A stretch of 63,577 nucleotides of DNA, the filler included, from Octopus bimaculoides (taxonomy: Eukaryota): NCBI RefSeq assembly GCF_001194135.2. It is 8 parts of 7 records of this genome, joined end to end, with 100 filler letters (N's around TTAATTAATTAA, not from the genome) between each part and the next. Parts side by side here need not be neighbours in the genome. Positions count along the whole stretch, not along the records: positions 49,825 to 60,276 come from NC_068981.1; positions 60,377 to 63,577 come from NC_068996.1; 6 more parts are not named here. One strand, 5' to 3'. The position numbers and the translations under genes are program-made. Shown in pieces: positions 51,042 to 63,577 of this stretch (positions are counted from its first letter, which is position 1; each line of letters begins with the position of its first letter). The notes below the pieces were generated by a model. The model was not told where the DNA came from and ran no database searches. It saw only the letters and a program-made list of their open reading frames with translations.

Positions 51042-52269
51042 TATCTGCTACATATGTGGAAAATCGGTGTGTTTGTGTTTGTCTGTGGCGTTGTTAGCTA
51101 ACTCCTCCTACATCATTTTATTGATTTTGATGGAACTTGACACGTGAGTAGAACTCATGTCTGGAAATCGCGTGGCATCCTTAGATTATTGAAAAAAATC
51201 GATAGTACGGCCCCTGGAAAGGACCTTCATATCTACCTCGTATAACAAATTTTTTTTAAAACACCCAAGGGAAATAACCCATAGCACCTGTATAATATTT
51301 TTTAAACACTCAAGGGAAATAACTCATTTCATTATCAATGTTCGATTACTTTGAATATTGATTTTTTGTGTGTCCTATTTCTAATTTTTGCAGANNNNNN
51401 NNNNNNNNNNNNNNNNNNNNNNNNNNNNNNNNNNNNNNNNNNNNNNNNNNNNNNNNNNNNNNNNNNNNNNNNNNNNNNNNNNNNNNNNNNNNNNNNNNNN
51501 NNNNNNNNNNNNNNNNNNNNNNNNNNNNNNNNNNNNNNNNNNNNNNNNNNNNNNNNNNNNNNNNNNNNNNNNNNNNNNNNNNNNNNNNNNNNNNNNNNNN
51601 NNNNNNNNNNNNNNNNNNNNNNNNNNNNNNNNNNNNNNNNNNNNNNNNNNNNNNNNNNNNNNNNNNNNNNNNNNNNNNNNNNNNNNNNNNNNNNNNNNNN
51701 NNNNNNNNNNNNNNNNNNNNNNNNNNNNNNNNNNNNNNNNNNNNNNNNNNNNNNNNNNNNNNNNNNNNNNNNNNNNNNNNNNNNNNNNNNNNNNNNNNNN
51801 NNNNNNNNNNNNNNNNNNNNNNNNNNNNNNNNNNNNNNNNNNNNNNNNNNNNNNNNNNNNNNNNNNNNNNNNNNNNNNNNNNNNNNNNNNNNNNNNNNNN
51901 NNNNNNNNNNNNNNNNNNNNNNNNNNNNNNNNNNNNNNNNNNNNNNNNNNNNNNNNNNNNNNNNNNNNNNNNNNNNNNNNNNNNNNNNNNNNNNNNNNNN
52001 NNNNNNNNNNNNNNNNNNNNNNNNNNNNNNATATATAAAGTTCAAAAAAGGAAAAAGACAAAAAAAACAACAACGTGGGGACGTGATACAGATTGTGTTA
52101 CTAGACGCTCGGGAAAGGAAAGAGAGAGAATATGACGTTTCGAACGGAGCTCTTCGTCGGAAACAAGGAAAGTCCAAAGAAGAGAAAAACGGAGGAAGAA
52201 AAAATCACCACCAATGTCCACGAGGTTACATTGTGGGTGGCAGCAGCAACATTCCACGGTCAAATTTCA

Positions 52270-52430
52270 CACACACACACTGGGCGAAGTCGTCTGAATA
52301 CACTTGAAGTTTCTCCAATACGGACTTATGTGTCAATTTTCGCACCACCATCATTGTGGATGGTGCTTCCTAGATATTTGAAATCCGCTTCGCTTCTCAA
52401 ATTGTTGTTTCCGACTGTTACTGGAAGTAT
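52270..52430 (-). mobile_element. RTE LINE thumb-domain fragment
   Basis: DFKYLGSTIHNDGGAKIDT*VRIGETSSVFRRLRPV. Confidence 0.75.
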
Positions 52431-53264
52431 TTATTGCCGTATCAGTGGTCACTGTTTATTAAATACTCTTTCTGCGATAAGCACAAGAACAGAAACTTGA
52501 GGTTGGGGGATAATCGATAGCATCATCCCCGGTAATCAACTAGTGCTAATTTTATCGACTCCAAAAGGAAAATAGGCAAAGTCGACCTCGGAAGAATTCG
52601 AACATAGAACAAAATACTACTAAGCATTTTGTCCGGCTTATGTTAAATAGAGCCATTTTTATCTGGTGATAATGAGCTTGTGTTTGTAAGGGAGACTGTG
52701 TCCACAATGCAAATACTTAAATTTCTTAGCGTATCTGGTCAGAATGAACATTTGAGCTTGAGCAGTCTGGATGATTCGTTGCCTGTCGATACCTCCACAA
52801 CCAGATGAATGAAAGTAAAATAGAAGTGTTCGTTTTCAATTCGTTGTATTTTCTTTCCATGTCGAACGGCTATTCGGATATTGGATACAGTAATTGTGAA
52901 TGCATGCTGTGAATACTTGAAAAGTATGTTTAGTATATGAAGGGCTAAAACGACTTAATTTGGGATGAGTGTACGTAGTCTATGCCATATCAGAAATATA
53001 CATTTATGCATTGTGTTGTGTCGGTTACCTAGAATAGTTTGTGGCTCCACTTGTGATTCCTTCATGGGTATTTTGTGATTCTACCATGATAGTTTACTGG
53101 CCATAAATATTAGATAAAATGACTTTTGGACCTAAAGTAAAATTGATTAGTTCGTCAGTTGAGCTTCGAGATAGATATCATACAATGGCAAGAATTTAGC
53201 AAACAGAATTTTCGAAATAAAGATACGTTTCCATAAGCTGTATCTTTTGTTGTTGTTGTTGTGT

Positions 53265-53621
53265 GGAGGCGCAATGGCCCAGTGGTTAGGGCAGCGGACT
53301 CGCGGTTTCAATTCCCAGATCGGGCGTTGTGAGTGTTTATTGAGCGAAGACACCTAAAGCTCCACGAGGCTCCGGCAGGGGATGGTGGCCAACCCTGCTG
53401 TACTCTTTCACCACAACTTTCTCTCACTTCTTGTTTCTGTTGTGCCTGTAATTGAAAGGGTCAGCCTTGTCACACTGTGTCACGCTGAATATCCCCGAGA
53501 ACTACGTTAAGGATACGTGTCTGTGGAGTGCTCAGCCACTTGCACGTTAATTTCACGAGCAGGCTGTTCCATTGATCGGATCAACTGGAACCCTCGACGT
53601 CGTAACCGACGGAGTGCCAAC
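53265..53621 (+). mobile_element. Full tRNA-derived SINE family C
   Basis: GGAGGCGCAATGGCCCAGTGGTTAGGGCAGCGGACTCGCGG head; inserted after (GTT)n. Confidence 0.85.
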
Positions 53622-54676
53622 ATCTTATGTTGTATGATTCCGTCACACATTTCAATTGATATTTTCTATTTAAGAATTATTTGTACTGGAAGCTGTTTTC
53701 TAATGATCATTCTTTTTGGTCATGTTTGTCATTACAAAAGTACACTCATCATATCATGAGCACATTGGGAAGTCTTGAAAATATAAACCTTAAATTCTGT
53801 GCAAATAGTGATTCCGTCACGCAGTTCTTAATTTGATCAGCCTCTATACTGTCATTTTGCCCTAGAAGTGAAGCATCTTGAGATTTGACATCTCTGCTTC
53901 TGCTACAACTATTGGTACACAATTCACCTTCACCAAGCATTTATATGTTCACACCATTTATAGACAAAAAGTCGTCATCTTTCATGTGCAAATAAGCTTT
54001 AATGCACAATTGTTCGCCCTACCTTACATATAAGTTAACATAGCACATTCAATGAATCCTACTTTGCTAATTTCTCTCCAACGAACATAAATCTTTTTTT
54101 TCTATTCACTGCACGACTACTCCCATTCAGTGGTTGATAAATAATAAAATGAACATTAAAACCTAGAAACAGCAATTAAAAACTATGGTTTTGTACTGTA
54201 GTCGTACAACCCAACACCTTTAATACAATTATTGTATTTGTAAGCTTGCACTAATTATACAGGCTTCACTTAACATCTGAAAGTTTTTTGTTTTTATGAA
54301 TATTCATTCTTATATTAACATCCATTACTATGGTGGAACACCAAACATCTTGTAGTGTTTAGTTGTTATTTTATGCCTGCATTTCATTGAGTTTGCACTT
54401 CCTTGTTTCAGAAGGGAGGAGATAAAACTAGAAACCCATTGTACCATATGTATTAACAATATAAAATTCTGGGAGGAAAAGCCCTCAGCCCTTGGCTTTC
54501 ACATATATATTTTTTTGCAAATGTCCCTAACACGAAAGGAAAAATTAGTACCAGTCAATAACCAGTTATTCCTCCTCCTTGCCAAAGTTAAAATTCGATA
54601 TTTATTTCCATTAATGTTACAAATCAATATTATTATTATACCTACTTCCATTAATATTATTAATTTTCCTTTTCAG

Positions 54677-54793
54677 TGTATTGGTAAAGTTCAGATGGCC
54701 AAACCAGTATATTGCTTGGATTCTGTCTTTGGTGGCCAAATGTTTGCAGTAGGTTCTTCACAGAAATCTATAATAATAGCCTCTCTTGTGTGA
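54677..54793 (+). CDS. Possible terminal coding exon resembling a last WD40 blade
   Basis: Acceptor TTTTCCTTTTCAG, then in-frame CIGKVQMAKPVYCLDSVFGGQMFAVGSSQKSIIIASLV*; AT-rich downstream region with AATAAA. Confidence 0.35.
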   Translation, partial: CIGKVQMAKPVYCLDSVFGGQMFAVGSSQKSIIIASLV

Positions 54794-55223
54794 TCTATTC
54801 TGAGGATTCTGTTCAGAGAAACTCATTCTACTGTACGTGCTAACAATATAAAATTCTGAGAGGATGTAGTCAACAGAAAAATCCTCAAAAACATGGTTTT
54901 CACATATATATTTTTTTCAAAAGTCCCTAATACAACACCAAAGGAAATAGACGTCAGTACAGCAAGATGTCCAATTTTTGATGTGATAAAAGTATTTAGT
55001 GAAGCTTTATACTGACCATGGCATCTTCACTGTTCCGCATAAAGAATAGCAAACCAATATAAACATTGCCAAATACTGCAATTTACTGGTGATACAAATA
55101 AAGCAGAAGCAGTTTGCAATTAATTTTATTAATGAATATTAATGTAATTATCTGAATTTTAATAAATATTTAGGAAACATACTTTCTGTAGTTTTCTTTT
55201 ATTTGATATCAATTGTGATGGGA

Positions 55224-55254
<31 letters not shown>

Positions 55255-55401
55255 AGGGTACAGTTTAAAACTGAGTCGATAACATTGATTATTTTGAGTA
55301 AATGCAGTTACTGAAGTTAAAAAAAAAATGATAAAAGTTTTAATTTTCTAAATAACTAACTAATTTAAAATGACCAACAAACAAAAGTTAAACTGCCAAA
55401 A

Positions 55402-55442
<41 letters not shown>

Positions 55443-55814
55443 ATTAATATGTTTGTGTTTTCCATTAATCTTTATTTGTATTCATGTAAAAGTATGCACT
55501 CCTGTATCCAAGCGCTATATTGAATGATTTGAAATATGAAATGTAAATCAAAATTAAATTTATACAAATTTAATTTGGTCAGACCTGTAGAACTTAAAAA
55601 TGGCAAAACATATATCATTTGATTTTTACAGCATAGATAGTTGGCAATCAGTATAGAACTCTCACTTTGAAACAAGACCATATATTTGCAGGAACTGATT
55701 GAATTGAATCACTGCACTCACTGAGTGTATCAGAGCATGGGCCTAAGTTTAGAATACAATTAAATATTGCAAGGAGATAAGTTACAGATGCTATTAATGC
55801 AGTCTATCCACCAC

Positions 55815-55960
55815 CTTACTTGCTTACTTAAGCCTTTTGCTCCCTCTGGGGCATAAGCCATTGACAATTTTTTCCGCACTGTCCTAGACTTAGGGCTATC
55901 ATTTCAGTTTCCTCTCCCAGGTTTTGTTGATCTTGAATTGTCATCGACACTTCAGCAAGT
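55815..55960 (-). mobile_element. RTE-like LINE 3' end with (TAAG)-like tail
   Basis: Reverse complement GCTTATGCCCCAGAGGGAGCAAAAGGCTTAAGTAAGCAAGTAAG. Confidence 0.5.
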
Positions 55961-56299
55961 CTGCTTTTTTTTCTCTTTTTCTCAGGTAAGATTGTTAGCC
56001 CTACACGGACCCATTTTTACCTCTAGAGAGAGGTACTCCATATCAGTCTGGCCTCTATCCTGTGACCTGTCCAGCACAAGAGAGCCTGTTTGTGCTCCAC
56101 TGGTATAGCTCTCAGAATCATTGAGACACACAAGGTACCACACTGCAGGACTGGACCTTATGCTGCATCTGTAACCTTAAGCATTCAAAATAGAAAATGA
56201 AATTCAAATGTTCATAAAAATAAAACATTATATTTTCCATCTTGTGTGTAAAATAGAACTCTGTATCCTATCTTAAAAAAGGCATTTAAATTGGCTTCC

Positions 56300-58190
56300 A
56301 GAATGTTCCAGTCATATTACTGCATATTTTTCCTATCTCTGTGTAAGGGAATACAATCTTAACTTTTTAAGCCTTTCCCAGTAGCTGAGGCAATCTTCTT
56401 GTAGCAGCATTAATTTTGCTCTATGTGGTTATCATAATTAGGAGCAATAATCTAGAAGATAAATGTCCTCCAGAAAACTACCATGGTTTCCAGCCTTCTT
56501 TTTCTGAAAGTTGTTAGAATCCATCTGGTCTGACATCTACATTTCAATACCATCTTAGTAATATGCACTGGAAAAGATGCATTATTCATGTTATTGCCCA
56601 GAATATGTACTGATTATGACTCATGGACTGCATCCCTCCTGGTCCACTGTTTTGTCTCTATCACATTTAACCTTGTGCACTGATATCAAAGGGCTTGGAA
56701 ATTTTCAGCATTAAAGCTCGTTATTTTTTTCAGCCCACTTATGTATAGCATTTACATCATGTTTCAGGTGTGTAATGCCTCCAAGGTCCTTTTTCACCTG
56801 TGATACCTTTGCACTGTCTTCATAGTTCATGGGGGTGACTATCTGCATAGCTAAAAGCATGTTTGAAGGAGCCACGAGGATATATTCTAAGGGATTCCAC
56901 ACTCTGTTATTGTTTCCTGAAAGATAGATTCTTTGGTTATTGCCTTCTGTCTTTTAATATGTAATACAGGCACTTCCCCAGTTTCCAGATAATCTCAAGA
57001 TCATACAGTTGTGATATATCATACCATGATTGACTTTATCAAAGGCTTTCACAAAATTGAGATATATCACATCCACATTTGAATGGCTGTGCAACTGTTT
57101 TAACAACCACTTGTGTTGTAGATGGTGTGTCAGGCAGCTGCTTGGTTGGAAACCTTGTTCAGCTTAGCAAGTCATTTTCTTCCAGGAACATGATGAGCTT
57201 CTTTCCAATTCATTTTCTGGCTTTGCTGATATGCAACGTCAGAGAGACAGGCCTATAATTTTTAGCATTTGATCAGCTTCCACTTTTATAAATGGGGCAT
57301 GTGTCTCCTTTCAACTTGCAAGGAAGGTCCAGAAGAAACTGCAGTGCTTTTGCTAGGGTTCATTTACATGTTTTAGAGGAATTGTTGTGAAGGAATTAGG
57401 GCCAGTAAATAAATTTAGGCTTATTTCATTTATGGCCAATATCACATCTTTCATGTCAATGTAATTGATCATTGCTGCCTTTGGGGTGGCAAAGATTCAT
57501 CTGGTTTGCTTACCTGCATGAGTTCCAGAGGGAAGGTGAAAACACTTTTGAATTGTTCGTTCAGTATTTCACATATCCTTTGCAAAGTTAAAGCAAGAAA
57601 GTTATTTTCTTCAAAGAGTGACCCAAATATGCAATGCTCCAACACTATTTCTTTAACAAATTAAAAAAACAAAAAGCTTGGTTTTTATATTCTGTATAAA
57701 CCTGGCTTCCTTCTCTTTCATGGGAGTACTGCAATTTTTTCATAATCCCTAGCAATGTCCTTTCTTGCTGTTTATTTAAGTGGTTTGTAATCTTTGTCTT
57801 TCATCTCATAAGAAATTCTCACACCCTGGTAATTTTGTTTTGTGTAGTTTGGCTTTATTCACTGAGACAAATTTTATTATGCATATGACTTACATTAGTG
57901 ATATGAATTAGGTACATATCAAATTCAGGTATGGAAAAACATTTATACCAATTCTATTAGAGGATCTATTTCTGTATTTCCAGTTTGTAGAGTGTCTGGA
58001 TGCTTCTTATAGGCTGCATGCCTACAGCTTCCTTTGCCCCATACATTGGCAGCTCTACTATATATTGATTTGAGGTTAAAATCAGTATCACTTTTACATA
58101 GTGGACAAACTCCAGACAATTTGTGAAGCAGAGACCCAGAATACTGGTTGCCTTCATTGGGTCAGTTACTATTTGTCCACACACACATAC
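56300..58190 (-). mobile_element. Heavily decayed CR1-group LINE (APE end + RT)
   Basis: SILGLCFTN; NFVKAFDKVNHG; EDSAKVSQ..LKHDVNAIHKWAEKN. Confidence 0.7.
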
Positions 58191-58759
58191 ACTAGAAAAA
58201 AATACTGGAGAGACAGAGTATTGTAGTTAATGTCACAATGTAATTTACTAAAATTATAGCAAAGTTTCTAGACAAACCATAAGCAGAATATCAGACTAAA
58301 TAATCCACATAAATTTCTTTCTAAATTCCAGAAAGTTTCTTTGGATTTCTATTTTAAACACCAGGTTATGATTTTGTAAAAAATTAAAAGAAAAGAATTT
58401 GCTAATTGAATGTTTTGAATACCATTTCTTCTGTTTAACCCTAAACTTCAAACCTTAATTCTAAAACCTAATCTCTAAAACTTAGCCCTGCTCAAAAATA
58501 CTAATTCATAACTGCTGACCCTAAAACCTAACGAATTTTTTTTTTTTTTAATTTAGAATCATGATCTACTATGATTAAAGCAGAATTCTGAAAAAAAAAA
58601 ATTCTAAAGTGAAAATAAGGCTGGTTACATTCTTCCCAACACAGAAGTAGGGAAAATAAATATAAATATACATACACACACACACATCAGTTACAAGACC
58701 TACCTACAGAGTCCAAAATTCACTAGGGTAGTTCTGTTTCTTTGGGAACAAAAACTGCA

Positions 58760-58970
58760 TAACCAAAAACTCACTGGTGATGCTGGCATGAAAAAAAAAA
58801 AAAAACACCCAGGACATACTGTGAAGTAGTTGGCCTTAGGAAGTGCATTCAGCAGTTGAAACAATGCCAGAAAAGACCCTGGATCACAATGCAATCCTTG
58901 GGCTCATCAGATCCTGCCAAACTGTCCAACCCATACCAGCATAGCACATGGATGATAAATGATATCATGA
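58760..58970 (+). mobile_element. Diverged copy of family E repeat
   Basis: GTTGGCCTTAGGAAGTGCATTCAGC..CCAACCCATACCAGCAT; homologous to 59971-60275. Confidence 0.6.
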
Positions 58971-58972
58971 TG

Positions 58973-59017
<45 letters not shown>

Positions 59018-59020
59018 TAT

Positions 59021-59482
59021 ATAATTGCCAACCAAGTGTGGCTTGCCATACGTGATGGTGCTACTGGCATTTATAGCCCCAGGAAAACATCTCCAGCTGG
59101 CAAACAACACACATGCTGTGTCCGATTAGCATTTTATGAGGGGAGGTCATCACCCCCATCCCTAGCCTTACATGATACACACGGACTCAAGTTTCTGGGT
59201 GGTTACCCATCCTCAGTGTGTGTTAATCACCAGCTAGTGATAAAAACTCAACCCACTCACAAAATACTGTATGCTTTTTCCAGTGATGAACCATTGCTGA
59301 TCTCGAAAAAAGAGAAATAAGCTATATTAAAGCTCTGAGCGAGATGTAAACAGCAACAACATGGAATTATAACATAATTGCCAACCAAGTGTAGCATCCC
59401 ATACGGGACAGTGCTACTGGTGTTTACAGCCCCAGGAAGATATCTCTTCCAGCTAGCTAACGGCATACATTCTGTTTCCGAT
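59021..59482 (-). mobile_element. Partial-tandem (~1.3-mer, 353-bp period) HHR-bearing element
   Basis: Direct repeats 59021-59126 and 59374-59482 bracket the hammerhead. Confidence 0.65.
59177..59223 (-). ncRNA. Minimal type I hammerhead ribozyme motif
   Basis: ACACACA-CTGAGGA-TGGGT AACC ACCCA-GAAAC TTGA GTC-CGTGTGT. Confidence 0.8.
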
Positions 59483-59488
59483 ATATAT

Positions 59489-59829
59489 TCTTTTACTTGT
59501 TACAGTCATCTGAGTGCAGCCATGCTGGAGCACCGTATTTAGTCAAGCAAATCGACCTCAGGACTTATTCTTTGTAAGCCTAGTACTTATTCAATCAGTC
59601 TCTTTTGCCGAATTACAAAGTTACAGAGACGTAAACGCACCAGTATCGGTTGTCAAGCAATGCCGAGGAACAAACACAGACACACAAACATACACACACA
59701 CACACACACGCATATATATATATATACGATGGGCTTCTTTCAGTTTCCAACTGCCAAATCCACTCAAGTCTTTGGTTGGCCCAAGGCTATAGTAGAAGAC
59801 ACTTGCTCAAGGTGCCATGCCGTGGGACC
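59489..59829 (-). mobile_element. SINE family A, nearly full
   Basis: Reverse-complement match to 46590-47011. Confidence 0.8.
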
Positions 59830-59970
59830 AACATTTATGAATTTGTGTTGCAAGATTCCTGATGCGAAGTTGTGTTGAAGCAGATATTTCAGGATGGTCA
59901 TATTATTTTTTTCTTGCCTAATATTGGTAAAAAAACAAAACAAGCGACTATCTCGAAATGCAACAATATA

Positions 59971-60275
59971 TCATCATCGTTTAACGTCCGCTTTCCATGC
60001 TAGCATGGGTTGGACGATTTGACTGAGGACTGGTGAAACCGGATGGCAACACCAGGCTCCAGTCTGATTTGGCAGAGTTTCTACAGCTGGATGCCCTTCC
60101 TAACGCCAACCACTCAGAGAGTGTAGTGGGTGCTTTTACGTGTCACCCGCACGAAAACGGCCACGCTCGAAATGGTGTCTTTTATGTGCCACCCGCACAA
60201 GCCAGTCCAGGGGCACTGGCAACGATCTCGCTCGAAAATCCTACAGGAGCCAGTCAGGCGGTACTGGCAACGGCC
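59971..60275 (-). mobile_element. Family E short retroposon with RTE-like segment and (GAT)n tail
   Basis: GGTTGGCGTTAGGAAGGGCATCCAGC...CATGGAAAGCGGACGTTAAACGATGATGA. Confidence 0.7.
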
Positions 60276-60377
60276 ANNNNNNNNNNNNNNNNNNNNNNNN
60301 NNNNNNNNNNNNNNNNNNNNTTAATTAATTAANNNNNNNNNNNNNNNNNNNNNNNNNNNNNNNNNNNNNNNNNNNNA

Positions 60378-60530
60378 AATTGCACTACTGGGTACTGCAC
60401 ACATTCTACGCAAAACACTTTCAATACAGTAAACATAAGAGCACCACAGCAAACCACAGCACATACCCAAGGCGCATAGAGCTGCGCTCGGTAGTGAAGT
60501 GAAAGCACGTTATAAAAATAAAACTACTGA
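60378..60530 (+). mobile_element. 3' end of the same young Dong-like family as 24722, followed by (TAA)n
   Basis: Near-identical to 24958-25110. Confidence 0.9.
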
Positions 60531-60547
60531 ATAATAATAATAATAAT

Positions 60548-60661
<114 letters not shown>

Positions 60662-61309
60662 GATTTTGATGATGATAAATAAGTGAATGCAAGGCAAGAT
60701 GATCATTACTGAACATCATTAATATTACCTAGTCAACTCCGACGACGCTACAGTACACAACCACTAATGTATTCTTTGATAGACCAATGTGAAAGCCGCC
60801 AACAAATAAATACCTTCAAATGACATCCTGCAATCATTTCACTTTTAAAAAATGTCGGCAGATAAAACGGATAATGTAAACTTAGATATATTATGTCTAG
60901 ATATGATGGGTGGTCGTCGAGGAGGGAATGTGTTTTAGTTTAGCTCTGCTCGATACAAAAAAACAAAAAAGAAATTTAGCAACAACAGCAACTGGCAGCT
61001 TAATTTCAAAATGTTCTTCATTTAATAACTATAATTAACAATATTTGACGATGATTGGGAAAAGAAATATTGTTTTGCTTTGGGTTTTTTTGGGTTTTTT
61101 CTCTCTTTTTTCAACGAACAAAAAATAACTCAAATAGTATCTAATCATAACTATAAATGAACATATAATTCAGAAAGAAAAAAAAATAAGCCTATTTATA
61201 ATAGAAATGTTTAGTTCATTATTTTTTATTATCTTTAATGAAGTAACGCTCGAACTAAAATTCAGGCACGCGCTCACACACACACGTCTATGCACACACA
61301 CACGTCTAT

Positions 61310-61343
<34 letters not shown>

Positions 61344-61453
61344 CACACATATGCACACACAAATACACATACTCATATACACACATACATACACACTTTT
61401 ATACACACATGCATACAAACACACACACACATATATATATATGCATGTATAAC

Positions 61454-61532
<79 letters not shown>

Positions 61533-61998
61533 ATATATACGCATATATATGCATAAATATATATGGATATATACACATATAATTTTATATATAATTATAT
61601 ATATATACGTATGTATGTCTATATGTCTATATATACATAAATGTATGTATATATAAGTATGTATATATTTATCTATACATATATACATGTAAATACAAAC
61701 GCTTATACACATATATATATGTATATGCGTGTGTGTATATATATATACATGCACATATATATATGCTCATGCACACTTCGCGCACGCATGCACACACACA
61801 TACACATTCACACATACATAAACACTCGTATGTTATTATAGTAAAGGGTATACTAAGTACCAGCTTGCTAGAAATGACAGTTAAAATACTCAAACAAGCC
61901 ACCAAGCTCACAGAAAAAAATCATCACAGACCAACAGAAATATGGCAAAATTTTAGCATTTTAACTCAGCTTAAAGTGTAGAATTAGGTAACAGATAT

Positions 61999-62051
61999 AC
62001 CTATATCATGATTTCTAATTCTGGATTATTCCTCAATGCTCTTCAGCAGGT
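61999..62051 (-). ncRNA. Type I hammerhead motif with weakened stem II base; sibling of 47790
   Basis: ACCTG-CTGAAGA-GCATT GA GGA ATAA TCC AG AATTA-GAAA TCATGA TA-TAGGT. Confidence 0.55.
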
Positions 62052-62714
62052 CTTACTGAATACCCAATGTTAAAATCCTACTCGCCTCGTTACATCCGTT
62101 AAGCGCTGAACAGGTTCGTGCCAAATTCAAAACAATTTCAATGCATAAATTTATGATAAATGAGTAAATATATACACACATGCATGCTTCATTGTACAAG
62201 CTCATGTACGGATGCACACACGTATCAAGCGTGTATGTGTATGCATAAGAAAAGACCAACTTTATAAATTGCTTCTCAAAGTTTATTGTTGCCGATTTCG
62301 GATTTTAGTGAAAAGTAGAGCATTAGAGCTAAAATGTTTACATTTACACATGAGTGCGTGTATGTATGTATGTATGTATGTACTACACTTATGTGTGTGT
62401 GTGTACTGACATGTGTGATAACATGCTGACAATTATAACACAGCAATAGAAATAAATACTGTATTGTTTTTCACATTGGTGGAGAAGCGGTATGGCCGGT
62501 GGGGGGTTTTTTGTNNNNNNNNNNNNNNNNNNNNNNNNNNNNNNNNNNNNNNNNNNNNNNNNNNNNNNNNNNNNNNNNNNNNNNNNNNNNNNNNNNNNNN
62601 NNNNNNNNNNNNNNNNNNNNNNNNNNNNNNNNNNNNNNNNNNNGAAGTAAAAATTCAGACAAATTTTACGAAGTCCTAGCAATTTAGAATTTCCATTTAG
62701 CTCGTTGCCATCTT

Positions 62715-62716
<2 letters not shown>

Positions 62717-62800
<84 letters not shown>
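62717..62800. repeat. (TAA)n microsatellite
   Basis: Direct. Confidence 0.95.
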
Positions 62801-62801
<1 letters not shown>

Positions 62802-63577
62802 TTTTACTCGAATAATGCTTGCAGCGTAGATTTCAACAAAAACTACCTTGTACTTAAAGAATGACACGATGGAAAATCGACTATTGAATTTTATAGGCCA
62901 CAAATCCTGTTCCTTTAAGAAACCAAACAAATTTTGATTGACTTGTGGAAGATTCCCTTCTGGCTTTAAAAATATATGACTTTCTCTCCTTTTACTTTTT
63001 TCAGTCATTTAACTGCCACAATACTGGGGTCATGTTGATAAAACAAATTTCAGTGCAAGTATAAAACAGGTTGACCCTGAGGACACTACTAACATCTGCA
63101 AAGATTCAAATATAATAGATTAGAGCTTTTAAAAGGCAAAATACTGTCAATCGACTAAATGTTACACTGTCATAAGTAGGAATTGTTCAGAACTGCAAGG
63201 TTATTGCAAATATACTTCTTGTGTTTCATTTTATAATTGCAAAATGCAGAACAGTTTGTTAAAGTAGTAAACGGGATAATTGGATGTTTTCGAAATATAA
63301 ACGTTAATTTATAGGCTACAGTTATTCCTATGCATTGTTGCCTCCCTTTTAGACACGGATATCAGAATACATATGATTTTTCATAGTGGCTTAAAATTAT
63401 AATATTTGTGTATAATCGCATAAAAATATATATTATCCAAATAATAAGACAAAGAAAGTTCTTCAACCTTATCTTTAATAATTCCGGTTCAGTGCGTCTG
63501 TAGAAATACCCAGCCTTATATATATGTGTGTGTGGGTGTGTATATGTGTGTTTGTATGTATATATATATATATATAT

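Noticed and set aside
49824-51394. Identical ~223-bp direct repeat (49824-50046 and 51172-51394)
   Set aside because: Both copies abut gaps and appear identical, so contig-end duplication is the likely cause. A real tandem repeat cannot be excluded without long reads.
53265-53320. tRNA-like heads as tRNA genes
   Set aside because: They continue into shared SINE bodies and lack a full cloverleaf.
53749-53940. 63-aa minus-strand ORF in unique-looking sequence
   Set aside because: Stops flank it, there are no convincing splice sites and no recognisable motif.
54793-54835. CTGAGGA-TTCTGTTCAGA-GAAAC motif
   Set aside because: There is no stem I or stem III pairing, so it is a chance match.
58430-58535. 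AACCCTAA-like degenerate repeats
   Set aside because: Too irregular and short to call an interstitial telomere.
47794-59183. Recurrent A.C mismatches at HHR stem junctions (47794, 59183, 27040) as an ADAR-editing-activated switch
   Set aside because: Two of the three cases are explained by CpG decay of an ancestral G-C pair, supported by the sibling at 61999. Junction-proximal short stems are also poor ADAR substrates.
60015-60045. CTGAGGA followed by a hairpin in the family E repeat; also CTGANGA hits at 6971, 7863, 12681, 32289, 45555, 53155 and 58905
   Set aside because: No correctly placed GAAA or stems; most lie in TE or host coding sequence.

Overview
AT-rich, gap-ridden eukaryotic scaffold dominated by microsatellites and decayed transposons. 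The repeat landscape looks like an octopod (Octopus-type) cephalopod genome; this is an inference. Only one long intact ORF is visible: an ankyrin-repeat protein (7676-8743, minus). There is also a possible orphan WD40-like terminal exon (54677-54793). The rest is several tRNA-derived SINE families and fragments of RTE, CR1-like, Tx1/L1, R4/Dong-like (REL) and Penelope-like (PLE) retroelements, plus a mariner remnant. The main unexplained signal is a dense set of small type I hammerhead ribozyme (HHR) motifs, folded by eye. Complete or near-complete ones lie at 27027, 29587, 41611, 47790, 59177 and 61999; an inverted pair with variant cores lies at 10985/11067; several relics are scattered elsewhere. 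Most sit in short non-coding fold-back or partial-tandem units resembling non-autonomous PLE or retrozyme-like elements. A second theme is REL LINEs embedded in microsatellites: (TAA)n for three families, and (CATA)n on both sides for one distinct family. Most short ORFs in the supplied track are microsatellite or N-gap artefacts. TE boundaries are approximate, and no database search or folding software was run.
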